From the NCBI GenBank assembly GCA_035293125.1, contig DATDOS010000158.1, positions 8,963 through 72,962 on the forward strand: DNA of 64,000 nt, written 5' to 3'. This DNA comes from Gaiellaceae bacterium (GTDB lineage: Bacteria > Actinomycetota > Thermoleophilia > Gaiellales > Gaiellaceae). A program made the position numbers and the translations under genes. Positions 1 to 9,735 of the stretch are shown piece after piece. The stretch's first letter is position 1, and each line of letters begins with the position of its first letter. The notes below the pieces were generated by a model. The model did not search any database, was not told where the DNA came from, and saw only the letters and a list, made by a program, of their open reading frames with translations.

Positions 1-801
1 CTGCCCTCCATACAGCCGTGGAGCGGTACCGTCGACCAGCCCGAGCTTCTGCAGCTCCGCGAAGCCCTGATGGACCTTCGCGAAGAGTGCGCCCGACGCG
101 ATCGGACAGACGACCGCGTCGGGGAGACGCCATCCGAGCTGCTCCGCGATCTCGAAGGCGACGGTCTTCGAGCCCTCGGCGTAGTAGGAGCGGAGGCCGA
201 CGTTGACGAACGCCCAGTCGAGCTCGAAGGAGAGCTCGACTGTGAGCCGGCTGCAGTCGTCGTAGGTGCCGTCGACGGCATAGATCGTCGCCCCGTAGAC
301 GGCGGTCGCCGCGAGCTTCTCGGGCTCGAGGTCGGCGGGGCAGAGGACGACCGCCTCGATCCCCTCCGCGGCAGCTCGTGCAGCGACTGCGTTCGCGAGG
401 TTCCCCGTCGACGAGCAGGCGAGCGTCTCGCACCCGAGCTCGAGCGCCTTGGCGGCCGCGACGGCGACGACGCGGTCCTTGAACGAATGGGTCGGGTTGG
501 CGGTGTCGAGCTTGAGGTACAGCTCGCGGATCCCGAGCAAGCTCGCGAGCCGCGGCGCAGCGACGAGCGGCGTCAGGCCAGGGGCGAGACGCGGCTCGGC
601 CGGCGGCTCCACGGGCAAGAGCGGCGCGTAGCGCCAGATCGAGCGTGGGCCCGCCTCGATCGCCGCTCGTGTCAGGGTCGTACGGAGCCCGTCCTCGTCG
701 TACACGGGATCGAGGGGGCCGAAGCAGCGGGCACAGATTCCGATCGGCTCGAGCGCATACTCCCGCTCGCAGGCCCGACAACGAAGAGATTGAGCTGGCA
801 C
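1..801 (-). CDS. Threonine synthase-family PLP enzyme with N-terminal Cys4 zinc ribbon (5' part only; gene runs off the window start); candidate MetM-like homocysteine synthase
   Basis: Own reverse translation from GTG at 801-799: VPAQSLRCRACEREYALEPIGICARCFGPL...LYLKLDTANPTHSFKDRVVAVAAAKALELGCETLACSSTGNLANAVAARAA. It has the PLP-lysine motif SFKDR and STGN as in ThrC, with GGAGG 6 nt upstream. It is absent from the ORF track because it leaves the window. Confidence 0.85.
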   Translation of the reverse strand, partial: MPAQSLRCRACEREYALEPIGICARCFGPLDPVYDEDGLRTTLTRAAIEAGPRSIWRYAPLLPVEPPAEPRLAPGLTPLVAAPRLASLLGIRELYLKLDTANPTHSFKDRVVAVAAAKALELGCETLACSSTGNLANAVAARAAAEGIEAVVLCPADLEPEKLAATAVYGATIYAVDGTYDDCSRLTVELSFELDWAFVNVGLRSYYAEGSKTVAFEIAEQLGWRLPDAVVCPIASGALFAKVHQGFAELQKLGLVDGTAPRLYGGQ

Positions 802-811
802 GACGACCTCC

Positions 812-945
812 TTCTCTCGCTCGACACATCCGTCCGGGCTTGGCACCTTGCTCGAGCGAAAAGGCCCGTCCGAGTAGGTTGCCGAGGCTTCACAGGGCCG
901 GTCCCTCAGCCTCTCTCGATGCGGAGCGAGGCGTGCCTCGCTTCC
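812..945 (-). promoter_or_regulatory. SAM-I (S-box) riboswitch in the 5' leader of the ThrC-like gene
   Basis: The reverse complement reads CAUCGAGAGAGGCUGAGGGACCGGCCCUGUGAAGCCUCGGCAACC...AAGGUGCCAAGCCCGGACGGAUGUG, which matches the conserved SAM-I core. P1 is CGCAUC/GAUGUG. The 3' flank GAGCGAGAGAAGGAGG contains the RBS of the GTG at 801. Confidence 0.85.
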
Positions 946-967
946 GGTCGTCAGTATACAAAGTGAA

Positions 968-2215
968 GTGACGTCGCTCCGGGAACAAGTCGAGACGGAG
1001 GCCGCCGCCGCCAACCGCGCGACGGGGGCGCTGCGCGACGACCTCGTCGCCGATGCGCTGCGACACGCCGCGACCCTCGTGCGAGAGCGGCGGCAGGCGA
1101 TCCTCGGCGCAAACGCGGTCGATTGCGAAGCCGCCGCGGGCCGCCTGGACGAAGGCACGCTCGACCGCCTGCGCCTCGACGAGGCCCGCATAGACGACCT
1201 CGCCCAGCAGGTCGCGGCCATGGCAGGCATCGAGCCGCTCGAGCGCGAGGTCGCCTCGTGGACGCTTCCGAACGGGCTCCGCGTGAGCGAGCGCCGGATT
1301 CCGATCGGAACGGTCGGCGCGAACTTCGAAGCTCGCCCCAACGTCGCGCTCGACGTCGCCGGACAGCTTCTGAAGAGCCTGAACACGGCGGTGCTGCGGA
1401 CCGGCGGGGCCGCGCTTCGGACCGTCACGACTCTCGTCGACGACGTCCTCCGGCCCGCGCTCGAGACCGCCGGTCTGCCGCCGGGTGCGGTCGGGCTCGT
1501 TCGCTCGCCCGATCGCGAGGGTGCGCGGGTTCTCGTGTCACTCCCGCGACGCGTCCCGCTCGTGATCCTTCGCGGCAGCGGTGAGACGACGGCCGCGCTC
1601 GCGCGGCTTGCGGCCGAGCAGGGCGTGCGAACACTCGCTCACGCCGAGGGTGGAGGTGTCCTGTACGTGCATGGCTCGGCCTCGCTCGAGAAGGCGCTCG
1701 CGCTCGTCGAGGCGAGCCTCGACCGGCTCGGCGTGTGCAATCGGCTCAACCTCCTCCTCGTCGACCGAGAGGCCGCCGGCCTGCTGCCGGCCCTGCTATC
1801 AGCCTTCGCCGACAGAGGGCTCGAGGCGCGCGGCGCCCTCGACGGCGCCCTCCCGCTCGATCGCGCACTCGGGTACGAGTGGGCCAACGATCCCGAGCGC
1901 GTCGCGACCGTGACGATTGCGTTCGTCGACGGGCTCGACGAGGCGGTGCGCCTCGCGAACGAGGAGACGTCCGGCCTCGCGGCGGGCATCGTCGCGGAAG
2001 ACGAGGAGGCGGCGCAACGCTTCCTCGGCGGCTATCGCGGCACGACGGCGTTCTGGCACGCGACGACGCGGTTCACGGACGGCTTCGAGCTGACGGGCGC
2101 TCCGGAGACCGGGATCAACGTCGACTGGGCGCCCGGACCGCGAGGGCCTGTCACCTATCGCGACCTCTGGCTGCGGCAGTACCGAGTCGTCGGAGACGGC
2201 ACCCAGAGCCGGTGA
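968..2215 (+). CDS. proA: Gamma-glutamyl phosphate reductase
   Basis: 415-aa ORF with IPIGTVGANFEARPNVALDVAGQLLKSLNTAVLRTGG and catalytic-Cys region GVCNRLNLLLVD typical of ProA. GTG start. The stop overlaps the proB start (GTGA). Confidence 0.92.
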   Translation: MTSLREQVETEAAAANRATGALRDDLVADALRHAATLVRERRQAILGANAVDCEAAAGRLDEGTLDRLRLDEARIDDLAQQVAAMAGIEPLEREVASWTLPNGLRVSERRIPIGTVGANFEARPNVALDVAGQLLKSLNTAVLRTGGAALRTVTTLVDDVLRPALETAGLPPGAVGLVRSPDREGARVLVSLPRRVPLVILRGSGETTAALARLAAEQGVRTLAHAEGGGVLYVHGSASLEKALALVEASLDRLGVCNRLNLLLVDREAAGLLPALLSAFADRGLEARGALDGALPLDRALGYEWANDPERVATVTIAFVDGLDEAVRLANEETSGLAAGIVAEDEEAAQRFLGGYRGTTAFWHATTRFTDGFELTGAPETGINVDWAPGPRGPVTYRDLWLRQYRVVGDGTQSR

Positions 2216-3255
2216 CCGTCGTCGTCAAGCTCGGGTCGAGCCTCGTCGTGGGACGGAAAGGGGCCGTCAGGCGGAGCGTCCTCCGTCGGCGGGCGCAAGA
2301 GATCGCGGCGGTCGTCGGACGTGGCGAATCCGTCGCGGTCGTCTCGTCGGGCGCGATTGCGCTCGGGCTTCCGCTCCTGGGGCTCGAACGGCGACCACGT
2401 GCGGTGCCGAGGCTCCAGGCGGCGTCGGCGCTCGGCCAGGCGCGACTCCACCGCGCATGGGAGCACGCGCTCACACGGGAGGATCTCCTCGCGGCGCAGG
2501 TCCTGCTCACGGCCGGAGACATCGCCGACCGTGGCGCCTATGTGAACGCGCGCAACGCGCTCCTAGCCCTCTTCGCCGCCGGCGCCGTCCCGATCGTCAA
2601 CGAGAACGACGCCACGGCGACCGACGAGATCACATTTGGCGACAACGACGCACTCGCGGCCCACGTGGCCATCCTCGTCCGTGCCCGCCTCCTCGTGCTC
2701 CTCACAGAGGTCGAAGGCGTGTTCACCCGCAGTCCGGGGACGCTCGGCGCGGAGCTCGTCGACGACGGATCGGCTGCAGGCGACGTCGTCCTCGGCGAGG
2801 TCTCGCGCCTGGGTCGTGGCGGGATGCGGAGCAAGGTCCTCGCGGCGAGGATGGCGGCGGCGGCTGGAATCCCGACGGTCATCGCCGGTGGCGCCTCCGA
2901 CGCCGTGCTCGCACCCATCCTCGCGGGCGAGCGTCGCGGGACGCGCTTCCACGGAGCGGAGTCGGGCCGCGGCCTCTCCGCCTACAAGCTCTGGCTGCGC
3001 TTCGGCAAGCCGGCTGCCGGAAGGCTGCACGTCGACGAAGGCGCTCGCCGGGCGGTCGCGGTCGAGGGACGTAGCCTGCTCGCCGTCGGGGTCGTGTCGT
3101 GCGAGGGTCGTTTCGAGCCCGGGGATGCAGTCGAGCTCGTCGGAGTCGACGGCAACATCTTCGCGAAGGGAGTTGCATCGGCTGCGCTCTCCGAGATCGC
3201 GTCGCGGCCTCGGGGCCTCGAGGCCGTGCACCGCGATCGGCTCGTCGTCTTCTGA
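2212..3255 (+). CDS. proB: Glutamate 5-kinase
   Basis: In-frame GTG at 2212 inside track ORF 1735..3255. Motifs VVVKLGSS and NENDATATDEITFGDNDALAA (glutamate 5-kinase signature), plus a C-terminal PUA-like segment. Confidence 0.92.
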   Translation: MTVVVKLGSSLVVGRKGAVRRSVLRRRAQEIAAVVGRGESVAVVSSGAIALGLPLLGLERRPRAVPRLQAASALGQARLHRAWEHALTREDLLAAQVLLTAGDIADRGAYVNARNALLALFAAGAVPIVNENDATATDEITFGDNDALAAHVAILVRARLLVLLTEVEGVFTRSPGTLGAELVDDGSAAGDVVLGEVSRLGRGGMRSKVLAARMAAAAGIPTVIAGGASDAVLAPILAGERRGTRFHGAESGRGLSAYKLWLRFGKPAAGRLHVDEGARRAVAVEGRSLLAVGVVSCEGRFEPGDAVELVGVDGNIFAKGVASAALSEIASRPRGLEAVHRDRLVVF

Positions 3256-3367
3256 CTCGCGCACGGCGGGTACGGCGACCGCTCGATTTGCGGCCGTCGA
3301 GCTGCTCCGGTACCGTGCCCGTCTTCACGCCGCCGGCGAAGGCTGCGTGAGTCGGCACTGTTGCCTC

Positions 3368-3396
3368 AGGACTGTCCGGAGTCCTGGGGCTTTTTT
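3368..3396 (+). terminator. Possible intrinsic terminator after proB
   Basis: AGGACT-GTCCGG-AGTCCT hairpin followed by GGGGCTTTTTT. The stem is short (6 bp), so the call is weak. Confidence 0.35.
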
Positions 3397-3429
3397 GATG
3401 GTCCCGCGAGGTCGAGGAGGTGGAATCGA

Positions 3430-4821
3430 ATGACGACGGTCGACCTGACCATCGCCGCGAGCACCGTGTGGGTTGTCGTTGCGGCCATCCTGGTGATGTT
3501 CATGCAGGCGGGCTTCTCGTTCCTCGAGGCCGGCCTGACGCGGATGAAGAACGTCGGCCACGTGGCCGCCAAGAACGTCCTCATCTTCGCGATCTGCTCG
3601 CTCGTGTACTACCTCGTCGGCTATGGCATGGCATTCGGCGACGGGGGGAACGGCTTCGTGGGCGGCTCCGGCTTCGCTCCGTCGGTCGAGGCGCTGCTCG
3701 CCGTCGGCGAGGCGCCGTTCTCGTGGTTCTCGACGATTCCTGCGGGTGCCGGCTATCTCTTCGAGGTCGTCTTCGCGGGCGTCTCTCTCGCGATCGTGTG
3801 GGGCGCAATGGCCGAACGGACGAAGCTGTGGGTGTACTTCGCCTTCGGGGTCTTCTTCACGCTCGTCTACTCGATCGTCTCGCACTGGATCTGGTCCCCG
3901 GACGGGTGGCTGTTCGAGCGCGGCATGCAGGACTTCGCCGGCTCGACGGTCGTCCACTACCAGGGAGCGCTCGCCGCGCTCGCGGGCGCGATCCTGCTCG
4001 GCGCCCGCATCGGGAAGTTCGGCGCCGACGGCAGGCCGAACGCGATCCCCGGGCACAACATGGCCTACGTCACGCTCGGCGTGCTCGTCCTCTGGTTCGG
4101 GTGGTTCGGCTTCAACCCCGGGTCGACGCTCGGCGTCGTCACCGGCGACGAGATCGGCTACTTCGCGTACGTCGCTCTCACGACGAACGTCGCCGCCGCC
4201 GCGGGCGCCCTCGGAGCGGTCGCGACATCGTGGCTCGTCCTGCGGAAGCCCGACCTGTCGATGATGCTGAACGGCGTCGTCGCCGCCCTCGTGGCCATCA
4301 CGGCCGCTTCTGGGTTCGTCGCTCCCTGGGCCGCGATCGTGATCGGCCTCGTCGCCGGCGCGATCGTCGTGCTCGGCGTGCAGGCGGTGGAGCGCGCACG
4401 TGTCGACGACCCGATCGGCGCCGTCGCCGCGCACGGGATGGCAGGCGTCTGGGGCACGCTCGCCACCGGGCTCTTCGCCGTGCCCGCACTCGCGGAGAAC
4501 CTCGCGACCGGCACCGGGGGCCTCGTCTACACGGGCAGCTTCCATCAGGTCGGCGTGCAGGCTCTCGGGCTCCTGGTCGTCGGCGTGTTCACGTTCACGA
4601 CCTCGTTCGCGGCGCTCTGGCTGATGAAGGCGACCTTCGGAATCCGCGTCGAGCCCGAGGTCGAGACCGCCGGCCTCGACGTCTCCGAGCACGGGATGTG
4701 GGGCTACCCCGAGTTCTACACCGAGGTTCCCGGCGGGTACGGGACCGAGGGCCACGAGCCCCCGCATCTCGCGCGCCACGCACCGGCGCAGACCGGCGTC
4801 CCCCTGCCCGGGACGACCTAG
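3430..4821 (+). CDS. amt: Ammonium transporter (Amt/MEP family)
   Basis: ATG 3430 after GAGGAGGTGG. Motifs FMQAGFSFLEAG, AGSTVVH and DDPIGAVAAHGMAGVWGTLATG, with about 11 hydrophobic helices. Confidence 0.93.
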   Translation: MTTVDLTIAASTVWVVVAAILVMFMQAGFSFLEAGLTRMKNVGHVAAKNVLIFAICSLVYYLVGYGMAFGDGGNGFVGGSGFAPSVEALLAVGEAPFSWFSTIPAGAGYLFEVVFAGVSLAIVWGAMAERTKLWVYFAFGVFFTLVYSIVSHWIWSPDGWLFERGMQDFAGSTVVHYQGALAALAGAILLGARIGKFGADGRPNAIPGHNMAYVTLGVLVLWFGWFGFNPGSTLGVVTGDEIGYFAYVALTTNVAAAAGALGAVATSWLVLRKPDLSMMLNGVVAALVAITAASGFVAPWAAIVIGLVAGAIVVLGVQAVERARVDDPIGAVAAHGMAGVWGTLATGLFAVPALAENLATGTGGLVYTGSFHQVGVQALGLLVVGVFTFTTSFAALWLMKATFGIRVEPEVETAGLDVSEHGMWGYPEFYTEVPGGYGTEGHEPPHLARHAPAQTGVPLPGTT

Positions 4822-4839
4822 TCGAGCCGGCGTACACGC

Positions 4840-4877
4840 GGGCCCGTCCGCCGTTCGCTCTCCGCGGCGGGCGGGCC
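4840..4877. terminator. Bidirectional GC-rich hairpin between convergent amt and ilvD
   Basis: GGGCCCGTCCGCCG ... CGGCGGGCGGGCC inverted repeat in the 72-nt convergent gap. Confidence 0.6.
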
Positions 4878-4893
4878 GGCGCCGGCTTTAGCT

Positions 4894-6597
4894 TTAGCCT
4901 GGCCGCGTGACGGCGCCCTCGGAGGCGGAGGAGACGAGCGCCGCGTACTTCGCGAAGACGCCCTCGGTGTAGCGCGGTGGTGGGGCAGTCCAGCTTCGGA
5001 GACGGGCGGCGAGCTCGTCCTCGGCGAGCTCGACTCGAAGCTCGCGCGCCTCGACGTCGACGACGACGATGTCGCCGTCCTCGAGCGCGGCGATCGGTCC
5101 ACCGCGCACGGCCTCCGGAGAGACATGTCCGACCATGAGCCCGTGCGTCGCGCCCGAGAACCGCCCGTCGGTGACGAGTGCGATCTCGTCGCCGAGCCCC
5201 TCGCCGACGATCGCGGCCGTCACGTGCAGCATCTCGCGCATTCCAGGCCCGCCCGCGGGGCCCTCGTACCGGATGACGACGACGTCGCCGGCGCGCAGGC
5301 TTCGCTGCTTCACCGCTGCGAAGCACGCTTCCTCGGAGTCGAAGACGCGTGCGGGGCCGCGATGGAGGAGGCGCTCGTGCCCGGCGAGCTTCACGACGCA
5401 GCCTTCGGGCGCCAGGTTCCCGCGGAGGACGGCGAGGCCTCCCGTCGGCTTGAGCGGCGTCTCGATCGGGACGACGACCTCCTGCCCCGGGCGCTCGACG
5501 ACTGCGGCGGCGACCTCTCCCAGCGTGCGACCGTCGACGTTCGGTGCCTCGCCGTGGACGAGACCGGCCTTCACGAGCTCCCGCGCGACGAGCGCGACAC
5601 CGCCGGCTTCGTGGACGTCTGTGGCCACGAACCGACCGCTCGGCTTGAGGCTCGCGACGACCGGCGTTCGTGAAGCGATCCGGTCGAAGTCCTCGAGCTC
5701 GAACGGGATCCCGAGCTCCCGTGCGATGGCGAGCAGGTGGAGGACGCCGTTCGTCGAGCCGCCCGTCGCGGCGACGGAGGCGGCGGCGTTCTCGAGCGCC
5801 TCGCGCGTCACGATCTCGGATGGGCGGACACCTCGGCGGACGAGGTCCATCGCCAGCCGGCCCGCCTGCTCGGCTGCCTCGTCCTTTGCCGGGTCGAGCG
5901 CGGGGATCCCGTTCAGGCCCGCGGGACTGATGCCGAGGAACTCGAGCGCGGTCGACATGGTGTTCGCCGTGAACTGGCCCCCGCAGGCGCCCGCGCCGGG
6001 GCAGGCCACGCCTTCGAGCTCGTGCAGGTCGTGGGCGCTGAGGGTTCCCGCGGCGTGCGCTCCGACCGCCTCGAACACGTCCTGAATCGTCACGTCGCGC
6101 CCGTGGAAGCGGCCCGGTGCGATCGAGCCCGAGTAGAGCACGAGCGCCGGGATGTCGAGCCGGCACAGCGCCATCACGGCGGCGGGGATCGTCTTGTCGC
6201 AGCCAACGAGGCAGACGAGGCCGTCGAAGAGGTGGCCACGCGCGACGAGCTCGATCGAGTCAGCGATCACCTCGCGCGAGACGAGGGACGCACGCATGCC
6301 CTCTGTCCCCATCGAGACGCCGTCGGACACCGAGACGGTGTTGAACTCGAGAGGCGTGCCCCCCGCAGCCCGAATGCCACGCTTGACGTGCTGCGCGAGC
6401 TCCCGCTGGTTGAGATTGCAGGGCATCGTCTCGATCCACGTGGTGGACACGCCGACGAGCGGCCGTGCGAGGTCGTCGTCCGTGAGCCCGATTCCTTTCA
6501 ACATCGCGCGCGCGGGCGCGCGGTCTGGGCCGTCCGTAAGGGCGGCGCTTCGGCGCTTGGCGGGGTCGGACGGGCGGTCGTACGGGTTGCTGCTCAC
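4894..6597 (-). CDS. ilvD: Dihydroxy-acid dehydratase
   Basis: 567 aa with ILVD/EDD motifs [23 protein letters not shown] and [14 protein letters not shown]. The GTG start overlaps the thrB stop (GTGA). Confidence 0.95.
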   Translation of the reverse strand: MSSNPYDRPSDPAKRRSAALTDGPDRAPARAMLKGIGLTDDDLARPLVGVSTTWIETMPCNLNQRELAQHVKRGIRAAGGTPLEFNTVSVSDGVSMGTEGMRASLVSREVIADSIELVARGHLFDGLVCLVGCDKTIPAAVMALCRLDIPALVLYSGSIAPGRFHGRDVTIQDVFEAVGAHAAGTLSAHDLHELEGVACPGAGACGGQFTANTMSTALEFLGISPAGLNGIPALDPAKDEAAEQAGRLAMDLVRRGVRPSEIVTREALENAAASVAATGGSTNGVLHLLAIARELGIPFELEDFDRIASRTPVVASLKPSGRFVATDVHEAGGVALVARELVKAGLVHGEAPNVDGRTLGEVAAAVVERPGQEVVVPIETPLKPTGGLAVLRGNLAPEGCVVKLAGHERLLHRGPARVFDSEEACFAAVKQRSLRAGDVVVIRYEGPAGGPGMREMLHVTAAIVGEGLGDEIALVTDGRFSGATHGLMVGHVSPEAVRGGPIAALEDGDIVVVDVEARELRVELAEDELAARLRSWTAPPPRYTEGVFAKYAALVSSASEGAVTRPG

Positions 6598-7409
6598 AGT
6601 ACGTGGGCTCCTTTCGGCGAGGCGGGGAGAGGGAGGACGCGGACCTCGGGGTGGCGGCGGGCGAGCTCTTCGGCGCAGTCGGCGACCGCCCCCGGACGGG
6701 CCCAGACGACGACGGACGGCCCCGAACCCGAGAGGGTCGCTCCGAGAGCTTCGGCGGGGAGGTGCGCTCGGACCTCGTCGAGGAGAGGCGCGTTCCGCTT
6801 CCGGAACGGCTCGTGCAGGCGGTCGTGGAGCGCTTCCGCGAAGAGCTCCTCCGAGCTCGACGCCAAAGCGGCGCCGAGCAGCGTTGCTCGGGAGGCGGTG
6901 AAGGCAGCGTCCGTGTGAGACACCTGAGCGGGAAGGGACGCGCGCGCCGCGACGGTCGAGACGGTCGCCTCCGGGACGAGGACGACCGGAGCGGCGGGCG
7001 GGCGGTCAGCGAGCCGCGCGATGCGCGTTCCCCACGTCAGGCAGACGCCGCCGGCGAGCGCGGCCGCGAGGTTGTCGCCGTGCCCCTCGAGCTCGAGCCC
7101 CGCCGCGAGGAGCTCCTCCGCGCCGGCTTCGCGGCCCGAGACGGCGGAGGCCGCGACGAGGCCGAGCGCGATGACCGCCGCGCTCGACCCGAGCCCGCGC
7201 TCGCGCGGGATCCGGTCGGTGAAGGCAAATCGCTTCCCCTCCGGTGGGGCAAGACGCGCGAACGCGCGGACGCCGAGGTGATCGAGGTCCACCTCTTCGT
7301 CTCCCTCGCTGACCTCGAGCTCGTTCCAGAGGTCGAGCGCGACCGCCGCGCAGTCGAAACCGGGGCCGAGGTTGGCCGTGCTCGCAGGCGCACGCACGCG
7401 GACGATCAC
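6594..7409 (-). CDS. thrB: Homoserine kinase
   Basis: GTG 7409 (GTGA overlap with the thrC stop) inside track ORF 6594..7622. GHMP kinase motifs [15 protein letters not shown] and [11 protein letters not shown]. Confidence 0.9.
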   Translation of the reverse strand: MIVRVRAPASTANLGPGFDCAAVALDLWNELEVSEGDEEVDLDHLGVRAFARLAPPEGKRFAFTDRIPRERGLGSSAAVIALGLVAASAVSGREAGAEELLAAGLELEGHGDNLAAALAGGVCLTWGTRIARLADRPPAAPVVLVPEATVSTVAARASLPAQVSHTDAAFTASRATLLGAALASSSEELFAEALHDRLHEPFRKRNAPLLDEVRAHLPAEALGATLSGSGPSVVVWARPGAVADCAEELARRHPEVRVLPLPASPKGAHVL

Positions 7410-8386
7410 GCCGCCGCCTCGGAGATCTCGTCGGGATCCGGGTCGACCACGACGGGTTGCGGGCTCAGGCGGGCTGCGGTCTCGGGATCCTTCAACCCGT
7501 GGCCGGTGACCACGCACACGACGCGCGTGCCGGGCGCGATGCCGGCGGAGGCGAGGGCCGCGAGGCCAGCTGCCGAGGACGGCTCGCAGAGGATTCCCTC
7601 GTACAGCGCCAGGTCGCGCCACGCCTCGAGGATCTCGTCGTCCGAGAGAGAGACCACCGCTCCGCCCGAGGTCCGCACCGCCTCTTCGACCTCGCTGGAA
7701 TGCGCAGGCTTCGCGATGCGGATTGCGGACGCGACCGTCGTCTCACGCTCCACCGCCTGGGCGGCGATGTAGCGCGGTGTCCCCGCACCGGCCTCGCTGA
7801 AGCCGCGGGCGTAGGAGGACAGGTTCCCGCCGCCGCCGTACGGGAGCGCCAGGGCATCCGGCGCGCCGCCGAGCTCCTCGACGATCTCGAACGCCGCCGT
7901 CTTCTGTCCCTCGAGGCGGTTCGGATTGAGCGAGTTGACGAGTACGTGCGTCCCGCGGTCGGCGAGGGCACGTGCGGCGTCGAGCGCCTGGTCGAAGGTC
8001 CCGCGCACCTCGACGACGCGGGCGCCGAGCGCACCCGCCTGGGCCAGCTTGGCTGAGGCCACGGCCCCCGCCGGGGAGACGACGACCGCCTGGAGCCCGG
8101 CTCGTGCCGCGTAGGCGGCCGCCGACGCAGCCGTGTTCCCCGTCGAGGCACAGATGACACCGCCTGCGCCCTGCTCGAGCGCCTTCGAGATCGCGACGGC
8201 CATGCCCCGGTCCTTGAAGCTGCCGGTCGGGTTTGCGCCCTCCCACTTCACGAAGACGTCGGCGCCCAGCCGCTTCGAGAGCCGTGGCGCGGGCAGGAGC
8301 GGCGTCGAGCCCTCGCCGAGGGACACGATCGGGGTGGAGTCGTCGACCGGCAGGCGATTGCGATACCGCTCGATCAGTGGGCGCAT
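7406..8386 (-). CDS. thrC: Threonine synthase (short actinobacterial type)
   Basis: 326 aa with FVKWEGANPTGSFKDRG (PLP lysine), CASTGNTAASAAAYAA and NSLNPNRLEGQKT. Confidence 0.93.
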   Translation of the reverse strand: MRPLIERYRNRLPVDDSTPIVSLGEGSTPLLPAPRLSKRLGADVFVKWEGANPTGSFKDRGMAVAISKALEQGAGGVICASTGNTAASAAAYAARAGLQAVVVSPAGAVASAKLAQAGALGARVVEVRGTFDQALDAARALADRGTHVLVNSLNPNRLEGQKTAAFEIVEELGGAPDALALPYGGGGNLSSYARGFSEAGAGTPRYIAAQAVERETTVASAIRIAKPAHSSEVEEAVRTSGGAVVSLSDDEILEAWRDLALYEGILCEPSSAAGLAALASAGIAPGTRVVCVVTGHGLKDPETAARLSPQPVVVDPDPDEISEAAA

Positions 8387-8424
8387 GGACGTGTTTTAGA
8401 TGATTGATGCCACGATCGAGCGCG

Positions 8425-9735
8425 TCAGGCCCAGCCGAGCTCGACAACGCCTCGGTCCGAGACGACGGGCAGGACGCACGGCGGGGCGTGGACCTGCGGC
8501 AGCTGTCCGATCTCGTGCAGCGCAGCGTCGACCTCACGTTGCGGAGACTCGTGGAGGACGATGTGCAACGCGGCTCCCGCGCCGACGGGGACCTGCGTCA
8601 GCCTGGCCACGGAGATGCCGTGAGCGGCGAGCCGGTGAGACACGTCGGCTAGGACACCGGGCAGATCGTCCACCTCGAGCTGGACGTAGAACGGCGAGCG
8701 CAGCTCGCCTGGTGGCAGCCGTTCGAGCGTGCGCCAGCAGGGATCGTTGTGCAGGAACCCGGTCCCGGTGGTCCCGATGATGCTGACCATGTCGGCGACC
8801 ACCGCCGAGGCTGTCTCGATCCCTCCGGCGCCGGGCCCCTCGAGCGTGATCTCTCGGATCGCGTCCCCCTGGAGCATGACGGCGTTGAACGCGCCGTCGA
8901 CGGCAGCGAGCGGATGGTGCAGGTCGACGAGCGCGGGGCGGACGCGCACGTCGACCTTGTCGTCGAGCAGGGTCGCCGCGCCGACGAGTCGAACGACCAT
9001 CTCCAGCTCTCGGGCGGCCACCGGAAGTCCCTGCGGGATCTCGTCGAGCCCTCGGTAGTCGACGTCCTCGAGCGCCACGCGCGATCCGAAGGCGATCGTG
9101 GCGAGGATCGCCATCTTGGCCGCCGCGTCCGCGCCGGAGATGTCGTCGGAAGGGTCGGCCTCGGCGAAGCCCCGCCTCTGCGCCTCGGCGAGCGCCGCGT
9201 CGAACGTCGCTCCCGACTCCATCTCGGTGAGGATGAAGTTGGTCGTCCCGTTCACGATCCCGAGGATGCGGTGCACGTTCGTCGCGACCAGCGACTCTCG
9301 GAGCACCTTGATGACCGGAATCGCCGCGCAGACACTTGCCTCGAAGCGGAGCTGAACTCCGGCGGCCGCCGCGGCGGCGAAGAGCTCCGACCCGCGCCGA
9401 GCGACGAGCTGCTTGTTGGCGGTCACGACGGGCTTGCCCACCCCGAGTAGCTCGAGCACGTGCGAGCCGGCGGGCTCGACCCCGCCCATGACCTCCGCGA
9501 CGACGCCGATCGCCGGGTCGTCCCGGATCTCCGCAGGGTCCGTGGTCAGGACGCCTGCTCCCGGCGGGAGCTCGCGCTCCCGCTCGAGGTCACGGACGAG
9601 CGCCCGTACGACGCGCAGCCGGTGCCCCGTCGCGCGCTCGATGTCGTCCGCGTTCTCGACGAGCAGTCGGTTGACCGCCGAGCCGACCGTCCCGTAGCCG
9701 AGGAGGCCGACGCCGACCTCGACGCTAGCCGCCAG
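8425..9735 (-). CDS. hom: Homoserine dehydrogenase (probable CTG start)
   Basis: Track ORF 8425..9489 gives the catalytic and ACT parts (TANKQLVA...). The Rossmann N-terminus [19 protein letters not shown] lies in frame upstream with no ATG/GTG/TTG. The only near-cognate start is CTG at 9735, 6 nt after GGAGG. Confidence 0.85.
   Translation of the reverse strand: MAASVEVGVGLLGYGTVGSAVNRLLVENADDIERATGHRLRVVRALVRDLERERELPPGAGVLTTDPAEIRDDPAIGVVAEVMGGVEPAGSHVLELLGVGKPVVTANKQLVARRGSELFAAAAAAGVQLRFEASVCAAIPVIKVLRESLVATNVHRILGIVNGTTNFILTEMESGATFDAALAEAQRRGFAEADPSDDISGADAAAKMAILATIAFGSRVALEDVDYRGLDEIPQGLPVAARELEMVVRLVGAATLLDDKVDVRVRPALVDLHHPLAAVDGAFNAVMLQGDAIREITLEGPGAGGIETASAVVADMVSIIGTTGTGFLHNDPCWRTLERLPPGELRSPFYVQLEVDDLPGVLADVSHRLAAHGISVARLTQVPVGAGAALHIVLHESPQREVDAALHEIGQLPQVHAPPCVLPVVSDRGVVELGWA

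Noticed and set aside
70-966. 298-aa plus-strand ORF at the window start.
   Set aside because: It is antisense to the ThrC-like gene and the SAM riboswitch. The translation is Arg/Asp/Gly-rich with no motifs.
968-4821. proA-before-proB gene order, and amt without an adjacent glnK/PII gene, considered as anomalies.
   Set aside because: Both arrangements occur in various bacteria. Nothing in the sequence itself indicates disruption or novelty.
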